Counted from the stretch's first letter, positions 41,600 to 55,873 are shown. The stretch is 64,000 nt of DNA from Azolla caroliniana (GCA_043228905.1 JBHGNT010000005.1:6758001-6822000), one strand, 5' to 3'. Numbers and translations are program-made. The notes: generated by a model from the sequence alone, not told the origin.

Positions 41600-42200
41600 C
41601 AACGATGTGGGGAGTTTTACATTCCAACTTGATGTTGTATGAGGCAAACGATGTTCATGAGGCAATGACAGTGCATAATAGAAGATTGATATTAGCTGGT
41701 CCCTTTCATTAACCTCGAAAACAGGTGCGATCTGTCCACAGTAATGTTATGGGCATTATGGAAATATCGATGTAACCGACTTTATGATGCAACATACATT
41801 CATCTCTCAGATGTGCTGCTTGAGATATGGGAGAACTTGCTGGAGTAGTCTGTGGCCAGTATGATAATATGCAACAACCTCGAAAGCAGATTTGGAAAAC
41901 AGTGACCACAGTAACGTTATGGGCATTATGGAAATATCGATGTAACCGACTTTATGATGCGGTAGACATTCATATCTCACATGTGCTGCTTGAGATATGG
42001 GAGAACTTGCTTGCAGTAGTCCGTGGCTAGTATGATAATATGTAGGGTTCACTAGACAATGTGAACAAGAGAAGGAAAAAGCTTCTTCACTTATGGAAAA
42101 AGTTGCCCCTGTTTACAATGTCAACTCAAGAGCCGCAATGGCATTATCGACTTCCATAGACTCTTTCTTGAATATCAACAAATGTCAACACCTTCTACAA
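41600..42200 (+). mobile_element. 3' part of an L1-like LINE ORF2 with an internal duplication of about 165-170 bp
   Basis: QIWKTVTTVTLWALWKYRCNRLYD resembles the W..W..RN C-terminal region of plant L1 ORF2. CCACAGTAA(T/C)GTTATGGGCATTATGG occurs at 41736 and 41906. Confidence 0.65.
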
Positions 42201-45200
42201 AGTTCGATATTTGGTCCTAGGATTATTTTACATCATTGTATAGGAAAAGTTGTAACCTCTTGGGCAACTAGGTTCAAATTGTAACCTTCAGGCGTTTGTT
42301 CTTAATACTATTGAAGAAAATCTTTAAAAAAGCGAGATGAGTAATTGACCATGGATGTCAAACAAGGTGAGAATTTTGGTGTAAACGATTTAAAATGTAA
42401 GTAGATACATATAGCTAAAAGCGGTGCCCTTTAGTGTCAGTTAGTATGAGCCGACTCCTGGGGCCTAAAACAAAGGGAGGGAGGCAGGTGAGAAGGAAAC
42501 AACCAGCGTGGGGGCTGGTAGTTCCACTCTGGGCCACTTCCTCCTTGCTTCACCATAGGCGTGTTCTGCCATTTCTGCTAAAAACACAAACGGGCAGTGA
42601 CCACGTCATTGGAGTGGCTACAAACCTCGCCCAATTACCCTCGTATGCAGTTGATAAGCGCGAACCATATATCCATGATCACTTCCTTCGGGGGCTGTAC
42701 CAGATCTTGGAAGACCTTTAGGCATCGTGCTTTCTAGACATACCATAGGGTGAAGCCTACGATCAACATTCAAATTTCAAGGAACCTTGGGTATGCGAAC
42801 AACAAGCCTCTCTCAAAACGAATCTTGACGATTTTGCCTCTCATGCATACATAGCACCAACTATCCGCATTGAAGGCGTCCGTCCACCTATCAACCGAGA
42901 GATCAATCCATGCCGCAACGCTCCACGATGTTGTTCCTTCCATTTCACATGCTGCAATGGATTTGTTTATTATGATATCTATATATACATTAAACTTGTC
43001 ATTGCATATATGCACTCTCAAAATGGAGAATGGAGATTTGAATGACCTTTCGAAGTTTTGAGAATACTAGTAAGAAACATGTCCCCATGCACAACTAGGT
43101 TGAAACATGGCAACGATGCACATATTAGCCCCAAGAATTTATCGATTATGTTGCTTCAATCGTTCCATGAAAATTGTAAGTTGGTAAATGGACATATTTA
43201 AAAAATCACCTAGATCTTAAACCAAAATTTAATGCTAATGTTTATTTCTGTTGTCTAATGGGGTTTATGGAATACCATTTATGCATACAACATACAAAAG
43301 TGGATTTGTACTACAAATTTCATAAGCAACATCGACTAGAAGAAATTTAGCAATACTTTAAAAATTGTAAGGAGTTGATTCGAATGATATGATAAACAAA
43401 TGATCTCGATTCACCTCATCGTAATTTGTAAGGATCTAATATATCAAGTTGTCTCTTTCAACGTGAACTTTGAATTGGGTAAATATATATATATATATAG
43501 CGTGACAAAGCTACCATGTGTTTTTTCTATCATCACAACAATCTAATGATGCATGCATTACATCTATTGTCAATAAAGTTGTTTATGCTCTATGATAAAG
43601 ACGTGTCGTTGGAAACAACCAAGCAAAACATGAACTTGTTGGACATTCTAGTGCAAAACAAACTTCAAGTCTTTGTTGTGGATGTTGGCATCCTAAAGCA
43701 TGTAAAGAGGATGTTATCACATAGACTCATAAAACACTCTAATGCAAGACATATCTCAAGGGTTTGTTATGAATGGTTTGCATCCTAAAGCAAGTAGAAA
43801 CTATATTTTCACATAGACTCATAAGACACTGTAATGCAAAACATGTCTCAAGTGTTTGCATCCTATAGGCTATAGCAAGTGGAGACAACTTGCATACTCA
43901 TACAAAATTGTTAAGAGAAAATGGTTAGAATCTCGCATTAAGCGAAAACCAATGTGCAAAATGAGTAGAGTCATCTCATATTCATTTACATTATTGGTGG
44001 CATTATAAGAATAAGGGAGAGAAAAGGAATAAATGAATTTTGTTTAGTAGAAAATGTGGGCAGTGATCTCAAAGTAGTATTTTTGCTCCGAGAAAATAGA
44101 GCATTATTGAATACCTACTAGCTTATACCTCATTACTTCATTTTATGTGCAAATAGACATTTATGGAGAGAAAAATAATTGTGGTTTACTCTAGTATTAT
44201 GCAAAAGTGTCTTACAAATCTAAACTCAAACATTTTGCATGTGCTAGATATACTATTAAGGCAAAGAGAGCTTCCAATGAGGGATGATAAACATTTGGTT
44301 AATTGCATTTATGTTTCAATTTTCAAATCACTTAGATAGATTGACTGCTTGAGTAACTTCTAATTAGTTATGAGAAAATATTGATGGTATGAACATTTAG
44401 AAAAAAATCCATTAGCATAATATCTAAACCTTGTTTCCAAGTTGGTTATGTGATCACACTTGTCTTTGTAGTGGTTTAGGAGTTGTTCCAACTTCATGCA
44501 TTACTTCTCATTTGTACATATAATGCGTAATAAATGTTTTCCCTAATTTTGTGGTTCAAACTTCACTATATGTACATATGGACAATAAGATGACGCAAAC
44601 CAAATAGGTCAGAGTTGATTCCGAAATGCAATGTGTGAAATATATATAACGTAAAGTGTGTACCTCAAGTATTATGAGAAGTATATTCCTCCCATCCTAG
44701 ACTCAAGAAAATAGATAAATTTCCAATAACGACCTAGGGGCATAAAGAATAAAACCAAGTGGCATGAAGAATCTTTGAAGTTTTAGGACATGCTTGTCAT
44801 GAAAGCCTTGAATGCACGTGCATGTGCTCACCAATACTATATGAGAACCCATCAAATTGAATAGTGTGATGAAGACAAAGATAGATTTCCATTCAAAGGA
44901 AGAAAACGAACAAAACAATACATGTGAAAGTGCAATATGAAAGCATTGCATTTTACATTATTTACCACTGAGCTCACACACATGAACATGCATACATACA
45001 TACATATTACAAACACAAGTTTACACGTGGATACCTTGACATAAATGGTTTTTTTCACCAACAGAAAACTCTCTTCATGGTAGAGGAATAGGTATGTAAT
45101 TCAAAAAGATCATATTTGAATATTATAATACTAAACAAGGTATGCATTCACTTATTTGCATTTTCATGGCTTTATAGTATCCAAGAGCATGCAAAGTGAT

Positions 45201-47492
45201 CAATTATTTTACCTTGCAACTTCACTTTCCACAATGCAAATAGTTGAAAACAATAACACCACCCTCCTACAACCAATGCTTGAAAAGGCAAGGATGGTGG
45301 TGACCATGTGGTTTTGTTGTATTATCATTGCACATTCAATATATATATATATATTATACGAGATCATGTGTCTAAAATTTTTCCTTCTAATGATAGGGAG
45401 GAAGATCTTATAATATTATTTTTGGTTACAAGAAAAGAACATTGAAAAAACTAAATTGGTAGATTATGCATTTCCTCATTCCTTTCTTACGTTTCTCTTG
45501 TTGTCTCTCCTCTAAAACTAAGCACCATCAAATAGACACAAACACATTCCCTCCTACCGTCTAAATTAATGCACAATTGTATAAATGAGACATATCCACT
45601 ATATTTGACATTATCTCTCATTTACATGCTTTCTAACAATTTCCACATACCATTGACATTGTTGCCAGTACACCATATTGATTAATCATCAATAAATTTG
45701 ATGGTGAGGTAGATGATCAATGCATGCTATCATCGTCAATTTGCTCATGTAATACCAACCACTTATAGCTCTCTAGCCTCTAGGTTCTCATAAATAAATG
45801 TTGCATCTCTGGAATTTTGAATTGGAAGCGACACCTTATGTTACTCTTAACTTTAATGTAATAGTGCCATCGAAAATAATAAAGTGTAGCTCATTGAATT
45901 TCTCCACTTTCGTTTAAATGGACATTGGTCTACTTAAATCCAAAGTTAAATATGCAATTGCTAGTGACTATCATAATGCCAAACCATTCAATGCTCCTAA
46001 TGATACAAGAGAGACAATGTTAGGGCCTTACATTTTATAAGAAATGAAAATGTTCTCATCATGGAAAGTTAAGATATTTCGTGTTTTTCCAAAGGCCTTT
46101 CGATTTTACCCTGACCAAGAATACCCACACTTTAGCTACTCATTACATGATTACTTGCTTAATGTTAGCCGATGCTCAACGTACTCATGCTCAACGTTCA
46201 AATTTGGAGATGAAAGACAAGTCAATGAGTCCCGTATAATTATGAAATTCATAATCAAGCAAATGTTGTTGAGTTTCTAGTGTTGTTGATATAATTTGGA
46301 AGCATTTTTCCAATGACATTAGACTACCAGAGAGAATCCCGATCGGATTGTGTCATTCAAGTGAATGGCGTGAAAGTGATAAATCAACAAAACTCAATGC
46401 TTACTAGTGTAGTTAACATGGATAGTACATCCACATTGACAAGAAATTGTGTTGCTAATAATATTTGAATAAGATGCATTCTTTTTAAAAAGAATTAGAC
46501 TTCACATGTCAAATTGACTCGTCAAAACTAAAGAATTATTCAAATAATTATTCTACCGCAATAATTATAGTGCATTCTATGATTGGAACTTCACAAGCTT
46601 TAATGAATAGTTGGCTTCTTGATTATGAAACTCTACCTACAAGTTTATTTGTTGCCATTGTTGTCGATGAAAAGCATGCATGACCATACTCTTAAAGAAG
46701 TTCATGATGGAATAGGCCCATTACTTATATGGATGGCCTTTGAATGACTATAGTTCCTAAATGGCTAGAGTCTATAAATAGACCTAGGATTTGCCAATAC
46801 ATGAAAGAATGATTCTCCTTTGTGGATCTCTTGCCCTATATCTTGATGGGCATAAGTTAGTTGTATTTATAATTGCTTAGAGAGAAATACTAGCATTGTA
46901 CATGTAGTCGTGTAATTGATTAGTGGATATCTGACTAGAAGAGTCCTACCCAAACAAAAAGGAGGCGTCTCTTCCTCACACATGAACAAGATCCTTCATG
47001 TAGCTAACAACATAATGTCGATTGAACACACACAACACATGTAAGTTAAGTCCTATTTCTATTAGCACACATAGCAATACTCTTTATTACTTTGTAGACT
47101 AGTACTAAAATAAACTATAAGCTTATTGAAGAGGGATCAACAAACACATGAGCCATTGACTTCTTCTAGCCTAGCCTTTGTCAGACAGACCCATATTCTT
47201 TGCTCTGTCTCTCTCTTTTTCTGTCTCTAAATGTGGGTATCATATTAAGTACAATGCAAGTAAATGGAGACAAATGCTCCTACTTTCTCTCCCTACATTA
47301 GGGGGTTGTATTTTAGTACAAAATGTAGACAATTACAAGCTTGCATTATACAAGGTGAGATGACCATTACCTTTCTCTTTGTTATACCCATCCAACTTTT
47401 TTATGAATTTGAAATAGGTTTAAGTGGCACTAATTCACTAGAAGCTAGTGCGAGAAGTAGGGCTTGAGAACATGATTGGCACCGACATGTGG

Positions 47493-47535
<43 letters not shown>

Positions 47536-47681
47536 GGGCCATGAGAGTAAGTACTGACAATAAAAGGAAGATTAAAAAACATGCAACATGATGTGAGCCC
47601 CTCCCTTTTGTATTGATGGGTACATGCACTAAATGGGACACATGGAAACGTGCTTTGCATTGTCTCACACACACACACACA

Positions 47682-47742
<61 letters not shown>

Positions 47743-48334
47743 AGTGTTGTACAGGTGCAATACAAGAATGTGTAATGCAAGTTGACCCTCTCTATCTATG
47801 TGTGTGGAATGTCATATACATCATTATCCTCTCTCTATTAAGCGCATTTTATGAAAACAAATGTTGCATTTCTCTTTATTTCCGAGAATTCCCTAGCCGC
47901 GACCCTGTAGAAGAGAGAAAGGGGAATGAACCGATGCTCTTTCAGGGATCGGCATTCTGGCAAGATAAAAGAAAACATAACAATTGTTAGGGGAGATTAC
48001 ATCAAAAGAAGAAGAAGAAGAGTAGTAGTAGTAGTAAAAGGGGGGGGTGGGGGGGGGGGGGGTACGACTGACATTTCTCATTAACCATTACAAGCGAGAA
48101 CGATAGCAAAAACCATAGGCCATCTATGTGAAGTGCGTGTGTAAAAAAGTGTGGTTGCACAAAAGGTAAAGACGATGACGCGAATGGAACGCAACGGCCT
48201 GTCTATTCAATATGGAGCGCGAGGTTTTTTTCAATGGTCGACCAACAAATCCATTCATGTATTGAATGGGTACATGTGCGCACACACACATATACACACA
48301 TACACACATGTGTGGTATATGGACATAATAGATG

Positions 48335-48380
48335 CACGTGGACATAAAAGTCCATGTATGTACGTAAGGCATGGTGGATG

Positions 48381-48448
<68 letters not shown>

Positions 48449-48535
48449 TACCCTTGCCCATGCCCCCTCTTCCAGGTTTGCCACGTGTCATGGTGGTGGG
48501 GACCATCCGCCAATGATTTGGTGCCGTGCCACGTG
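48335..48535 (+). promoter_or_regulatory. Cluster of three G-box/ABRE cores upstream of the NAC gene
   Basis: CACGTG at 48335 (CACGTGG), 48482 (GCCACGTGTC) and 48530 (GCCACGTGG), 630-830 bp upstream of the ATG. Confidence 0.55.
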
Positions 48536-48803
48536 GACAATGACAGACTGTTGCGGCGTGGCCATCCTTCCTTCTCTTTATTATTATTATTATTATTATT
48601 ATTATTTCCCCCCTTTTTGTTTCCTGCAGGAAAAAATAAATCGAAAATTTGTTTTTGTGTTTTTTTTGTTGGTCTTTCTTTCTTTGTTTCTCCGCCTTCT
48701 TCCTCGCTATTTACTTTTTCTTTCATCCTCTTTGTGGGGATTTCTGTGCATCTATTTATATTCATATTTTCATTATTAATTTTGCTTATGAGATGAGTTG
48801 ATC

Positions 48804-48845
<42 letters not shown>

Positions 48846-49168
48846 CTCGACTTAGGTTCCATCTGTGGCTCCCTTTTCTTCTTCTTTTTGTGTGTGTGGG
48901 GTGGGGTGGGGTGGGGTGGGGTGGGGTGGGAAAGGGAGAGGCGGGGAGGTCTCTTCACATCCAAACTTTTAACTTTCATCCGATCAATCCATCCATCAAT
49001 CCAATCATTCCATCAAATTGACTGTAATCATCACCTCACTCACTCGATTCGATTCAATTCAATTCAATTTCATTTCATTCAATTCAATCCAATTCCATTC
49101 CATTCCATTCCATTAAACTCAACCTACCCATCCATCCATCCATCCATCCAATCCATCCATCCATTAAC

Positions 49169-51717
49169 ATGGAAGCAGCCACCAGAGCTCCTCCTCCTCC
49201 TCCTCCTCCCCTCGTCGAACAACCCATCTTGCCCCCGGGTTTCCGGTTCCATCCCACCGACGAAGAATTAGTCATTCATTATCTTAAGAACAAGGCTTCT
49301 TCCTCACCATTGCCGGTTCCTATCATTGCAGAGATAGATCTATACAAGTTTGACCCATGGCAATTACCTGGTTGGTACCCACTTCAACTCCATTCTTCTT
49401 AAATTCCCATCAATTTTCAGTTTCATGTTTGGTACTTCATTTCCACAATCATTTTTAAAACACACTTTGGTGCTTAGTTCATTCCCATTGTTTAAAGACA
49501 ACTTTGGTTAAATGTTTGCCATTATTTAGAGCCAATCTTATACTTACAAGTACTTAATCTCGATCATTTAAGAGTGACCTTGGAATTTGACCTCTATCAT
49601 TTTAATTCATTTCTTGATTTATTCTACCATTTAGAATCCTTTTTTTCTTTTTTTTTTACTTAAATGGGTTGTTCCAATATATGCATCTCATCTTCTCTTC
49701 ATGGATTGGAAATCGCTTTAAATTCCTCTTTGTTTTCATCAATCATGTTGGTTGTTATCATTTCCATAGTTTGAGATCACTTATTTGTGCATGATGGGTT
49801 GTTAGGAACCATATTTCATCTAGACCCATTGTTACTTGATGACTTCCACCATCAAGTTATTTTGTTTAGAGACCATAGGACAAGCTCTAATTCCTCTTTG
49901 TTGGTTCATGGTGTCAACTCAAGGAATGGCATGTTTTGGGGAAAATGAATGGTACTTCTTCAGCCCCCGAGACCGGAAGTATCCAAATGGTGCACGACCC
50001 AATAGAGCAGCCGCGTCAGGATATTGGAAGGCGACCGGAACCGATAAACCTATAACTAGCTCCGTCGGCTACCATAAGGTCGGTGTGAAAAAGGCTCTAG
50101 TTTTCTATAGGGGAAAACCACCCAAGGGCATCAAGACAAATTGGATCATGCACGAATATCGCCTCGTGAGTGAAACAAACTCATCGAGACCAACGCTTCC
50201 CTACGGATGTCGGAAGTCTCTTAGGGTAAGTTCATCAACCTAACCATCCTCGCTCATTAAATATGGCCTTGTGTCTGTATTGGAGTTTGTGTATGCGTGT
50301 GTGAGAGAGAGAGCCTAGACGGATGTAGCTCCTTTGGTAAGGTTTCCCAATGGAGACCATGGTGGACATTGAGCCTTGATGGATGTAGCTTCCTTGGTAA
50401 GGTTGCCCAATGGAGACCAAGGTGGACATCGTCTTCGAACCCAAGGTGTAGTGCTAAATAGAGAGGTTAGAAAATTGGGGTTCAAACCCAATATCTAGTG
50501 CTAATACTGTAAACAATTTACCACTAGGGTAAGCTAATTATGATAAAAAAACAAAAAGAGAGGATATTAAGATTTTAGCACTACATCTTAGGTAACCACT
50601 AGGGTAAATGTGGATGTTAGTAAATACATTGCTCACCCTTAGGGTATGTAAAAATTGTGTAGAAGAGGAAACATAATGAGCAAAAGCATAGAATATAATT
50701 TGTTTAAAAGAGGCCAAAACTTCGGAATTTGACAATTTCCCTAGCTATCAAGTACAAGTAGTTGGATCTCTACCCCCAAGTATATGGGTAAATAAGTATG
50801 AGTGTAATGGAAAAGTAGATGATAGAAGGTCATGCCATCATACACTATATTTGGTAGAGTGATGGCATTGAACCTAGGTGTAGGTGATAATAAAGAAAGC
50901 ATGAGTGCATAGGCATGACACAAAAAGAAAAACAATAGATAAATGATATTGTATCCTATTCTCTAGTCTCTTTTTTGGGGGGATTAGAGAATCACTTTAT
51001 GACCAAACAGATCAATATAGTTTCAAGAAAGATTGAGCATAATATTTTCACAATGCTAGTTGAACAACGCCCATTTTCATAGTTTATCATAAAAGGACTA
51101 TTGCATTTACATGAACTTTTTCTTGATATTTCTTGCAGCTTGATGATTGGGTACTTTGTAGAATCTACAAGAAGAACACACAAGCATCAAGAATTGATGA
51201 AAGCATCAAGGAGGATGACAATACATCAGCTTGTGTAGAGCAAGTTCTCGCATCTCTACCCAACACACAAGATCATCGAGTCGATAGTCTTCCAAAAATG
51301 GACTCATTTTGTGGTTTCAATGATGTTGATCCTTTCTTTGAAACCTTCTTATTGGAACCTGATTCTGCATCAAACTATGCAATTCTACAACAACAACAAC
51401 AACAACATCATCATCATCATCGTCATCAACATATCAATAACATTAATGGAGTAAGATTCACACCACAATTAGACGCAATTCAACACAATCTTTCATCACA
51501 TGGAATTGTTCCAAAAGTTGAGCATATTGATGTGAGTGGTATTAGAGGGGCTTTCAATCACTCTCTTGTGGATGAACACACATTTGAAAGAGGCTTTTCA
51601 GGTCTTCCAAATCTAACACAAAAGTATTCACAACCACCCAAATCACAACTTAACCCAGGGAACCTCGAGACTTGTTACAAGTGGCCCTTGTGGCAAGAAG
51701 AAGCAAAGGCATTGTGA
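49169..51717 (+). CDS. NAC-domain transcription factor, NAP/ATAF (stress/senescence) group, 360 aa; exons 49169-49370, 49924-50225, 51139-51717
   Basis: [90 protein letters not shown] and LR|[12 protein letters not shown]. Canonical 3-exon NAC structure, GT-AG introns, consistent phases (1083 nt). Confidence 0.97.
50321..50592 (+). repeat. 2 x 60-bp tandem repeat followed by a MITE-like inverted repeat in NAC intron 2
   Basis: GGATGTAGCT..TTGGTAAGGTT.CCCAATGGAGACCA.GGTGGACAT at 50321 and 50381. CCCAAGGTGTAGTGCTAAA (50440-50458) is inverted at 50573-50592. Confidence 0.7.
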
Positions 51718-53559
51718 AGGAGAAATAAATATAGGTATCACATACTTGCATAGGCTAAAATGCCGATATTGCAAAGATAGTCACTTATACATGATTGTAT
51801 AGATTTTCTAAACATAGTTCATTGTCGAATATTGTAAATACAACATTATAGAAAAGGTGTAAAGAATTCTAGGTCCGTTATTATACGTTTCTAATCTAGA
51901 ATTTTTGTACACATTATGTATTTTGATTTTTTACATTTTTACATGGAATTTTAAGATGTAGTATTTATTTGAGCATCATGTTATTAATATATTGCTGACA
52001 TTATTGTTTAATTGGGCACAAGGAAACATTGTCTAAAACGTGCCCTCATTTAAATATCTATAACATATTGTCTCGACTCTCAACAATGTAGGAATAATAG
52101 AAAATGAGCAATTGATGAAATGCCAAAGGCTAAACATTTTGCGGTCAAGTTGCTTTATAATAGGCGTGTCATTATGATGTGGAAATGATTGATATTGACT
52201 TTCTACATATAAAACCAATCACCATAATACACGAGTTTTGTTTATTCCAATAAATCCAAAAGAAGAAGAAATCTTTCAAATATTAAAGTTTTAAGAGGTT
52301 GACACTTTTTTCCATCAATCATGCATCATGCCGAAGTCCATGTACATATATGCATTCATCGACATAACACTTGTATGACCGAGCACCATTGAAAGTCTCA
52401 CATCTTAATGAATTGTACAATTTACTAGGATAACATTTGTATATATGTGCATCTAGAAATTATGAGCATTTTAGCATCCCATTCACTTGACTTTAAGGCC
52501 ATAACATGAATAGTTTCAAATTTCGTAATTCCGTTTCCCTGGCTCGAAAAAAGTTTCTTTATCAACATCCAAATATCACATGTCATTTAGCTAGATCAAA
52601 CGATTAAAACTTGAGCGCATATATAGATGCGACATGACAACGTGAAAAATTATAGTGGACAAGAGGTGAATAGAAGCATTCAACACAAAACAAGTTGGTA
52701 AGTTGGTTATAACACATAGCATGTGAGTACATATTATCATGGTGCTCAAACTACCCATGGGAGGGATAATTTAGAGGCAAATTGTGAAGCAATACTTTAT
52801 GATGCCCTTTCCAAAAGAATCATGTCAATACTCTATATGAGTGTTGCCTTGTTCCCTACACACAAGGTGACCTCCCCCAACCAATCCCCTAGCCACCCAC
52901 CCCTTCGTGTGAAAACATAATTTGTATTAATTGCATGTGAAAAACACTACAATGTAACTACAACTTATTTAGTGTTGTAGTTACATGAGTAACAATACAT
53001 ATTTATATTCCATTCTTGACTCAATCTCAAATGATAACATTGAAGTGAGTCCAGACTCCATTTTTGCATTCAATAATTGAATGTGAGTTGACTGAACTTG
53101 AAGGGAGAGGAAAACAAAGGGCGTGTCACATATAGAAAGAAATCTAACTTGAAAAATGTGAAAACGTTAGTGGATCCATGGAGGCAGACTCATTCAATGA
53201 CTTGCTTGGGAAAATGGAGAATGTCTTCGAGCTGAATCTTCTTGGGATTAGGATGATTTTGGCAATTCATCAATGAATACAACAAAGTGTTGTAATAGAT
53301 GAGGTCGAAGTAAACAAGAAGTACAAGATGGTGGAAAAGAAGGTGAAACTTGTGGACTTGGCTCATTTTCCAAAAGATCATTAGCAATGGTGTGTTGATC
53401 CAATATTTCTGGAGCAAATAGTGATATTTATAGTGCCACATGTACAGTCATGGAACCAACATCCAAATTTGGTGCCAACAGTTCACATATAAAAAGTTAT
53501 ACACCAATTGAAAGAGAGTGGCGGCAAGGAGAAACTTGAAGCCAATATGTACGACGATG

Positions 53560-55333
53560 TCATGTCAAGACATGGGTCGCAGAGGTGGTTGACCAAGAAC
53601 ATATGGATTCCCCCACACTTGATCTAGAGACTTGGGCAGTTGTGTCCGAAAGACAACGTGAGATCCACGACATAGAAGGTGACGGCAGGGATGCGAAGGT
53701 CCAAGCCGATGCAAATAATGACGTTGGGGCAAAGGTGATAGGGAAACTGACAAATACATATGGAATCCTCCACACTTGTTCCGGAAGTTTGGGCATTAAT
53801 CGATGTAAGACCCAGGGGACCGAATGTGGCGGCGAGGAGGTTAAGGTCAAAGTTGCTACATGTGCTGAAGAGCCCAAGCAAAGCACAAAAGGTGATGGAG
53901 GGCCAAGCGGGCCAAGAGGATTTGAAGGGTGTTCCTCAAGATATTGATGTAATATTCAATTTGAAGGAGGAAATTATCATAAAGATCGAGGAAGTGATGG
54001 TCAACTCTAACATGAGAGGCTACCACGAAGACAGACGAAGTGGGAAGAATGCAGTGTGGCCGCTTAAGGACCTAGAGGTGAGCATGCACTTGAAAAATGG
54101 AATACAAAGGGTAGTCAACATCGATATTCGAATTGGGCCCTAGAAAGACAAGCATGGCATGAGAAAGGATGACTAGAGGAAGTTTGATGACCAAGGAGAT
54201 GGTCAAGTCGAAGGCGGCACATGTACGATGCGTGAAGGGTTATTCTCGAGAGTAGCAAAGGGGGGTATGACGACTAGTCATGGCAATGCAAAGAGCGATC
54301 GAAGAATATGGTGGATCAGGTGGCGACGATGGTTCGGGTGGAAGGAATGGACATGCTCAAAATAGAGGGTACTACGGATGAAGGAGAATAACAAGCACCG
54401 GCAACTTTGGCACATACCGGGGGATGTGCAGGTTTGTAGGGGGTGAAAGTGTCAGTGTACACATCGTGAAAAATGTACGGAGTGTCCTAATGAATAGGCA
54501 TGGAGAAATAGAAGAAAATGTTTAAAAAAACGTATGTGCATACACAGGGCGTGATCTCCGAGATCATGCGTTGTTCTTGCAACATCCACTCATCGAACAT
54601 GATCATCATGTTGATCGCCTCTTGTTTATTCTCCATCTCCTTGCCGCCCGTCTTCACATCGGGTTCACCAAATGTGTTGTGTCGTACAACACCGGATTGT
54701 TGCATGAGTCGGTTGGAACCGTTGACATTTTCTAACTAGGTGAAGGAATTATGAATGGATTGAAAGAGAGATACAGGAAAACACATGAATTTCAAGAGTA
54801 TAGTATATCAAATTAATCAACACTTAGGAAAAAAAAAACCATTTACATTTTGCTCTCACCCTTATATGTGATGGGAGAGGCTAAGTATAACTCGCCACAT
54901 GGCATATTCATGCTTTCTCTAACTATAGTATTCATGCACACTAGTAACTGTGCATGAGTAAGTTTCTTTGAATTTATATTTGATGATAAGCTCTTGTATA
55001 TGTTAAATCTATAATTATATCTTGTGATGAGTTAGTGCCTTGGTAAGGCTTGGGATTGTTAACATGGAGGTATAAGGTTTGAGTCTTGCATTGTGCATGT
55101 AACATATGTGTCTTTTAACATTTTTTTCTTAAACCTATTTATTAGGGTACTCCGTACATTTTTCACAATGAGTACGAAGTAAGCTACAACACCGATCCAT
55201 ATCCTTGGCTCCACGATAAACTCTATCATGTATAGGCATATTCTGGTGTTAAGCACTTGGAAATCACACAAGGAAATAGACATGATGATATAATGGTTAA
55301 AGAAAGCAAGGGTCAATAGTTTGATATGTAGCA
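53560..55333 (-). mobile_element. Remnant LTR retrotransposon with a tRNA-Trp primer-binding site (54653-54670)
   Basis: The minus strand reads ...ACAACACA-TT-TGGTGAACCCGATGTGAA, a 17/18 match to the complement of the plant tRNA-Trp 3' end (TTCACGTCGGGTTCACCA, recalled), directly after a CA end. A short ORF MENKQEAINMM... follows. Outer boundaries are approximate. Confidence 0.65.
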
Positions 55334-55364
55334 TGAGCTTTGACCTAGGAAAATTGAGAATGGG

Positions 55365-55836
55365 TGTGGTGTCCCTAGGTTGTCCAACCAGGATACAATT
55401 CCCAAACTAAACTAGGACTGACCAAGGGGCCTAGGCACAATCCCAAAAAGGCACCATCTTTGGTTGCAGGTGTGCCAAAGAAGTCCCAAACAAAGTTCAA
55501 ACATACCCAACTGGGTTTAGGTTGGGACATTGTCAAGCCCAAGCAATCCCAAACAGAGTTGGGACAATCCCAATGTCCAGTCCCAATAACCATGTCTTGG
55601 CCTATGGCTAGGGTAGGCCAATAGCCACCTCTTGGCCTAACAGCTAGGGTAGCCCAACATCCACCCCTTGGCTTATATATATAGGAGCTTCTCCTCATTT
55701 TCATTCATTCCCGACCTTTGAGTTCTACTCACACCTCTTGTAAATATTGAAACTCTCTCTTGTCCCTCTACATTGTTTTGGGAGTTGTCCCAACTTGACT
55801 TGACTGAGTCTCAAAGTTGTTAGGTACGTTAGATAC
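55365..55836 (+). mobile_element. Possible solo LTR
   Basis: TG start, internal short direct repeats (CTTGGCCTA..GCTAGGGTAG), TATATATA box at about 55674, then a pyrimidine-rich R/U5-like tract. Ends not confirmed. Confidence 0.35.
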
Positions 55837-55873
55837 GGTACGAATAGCATACATATATAATGTATTAATAAGT

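Noticed and set aside
47438-49271. Many ORFs with RERE/SLSL/HTHT/poly-Y runs (also near 5574-6118 and 55873-56281)
   Set aside because: Stop-free translations of dinucleotide and trinucleotide microsatellites.
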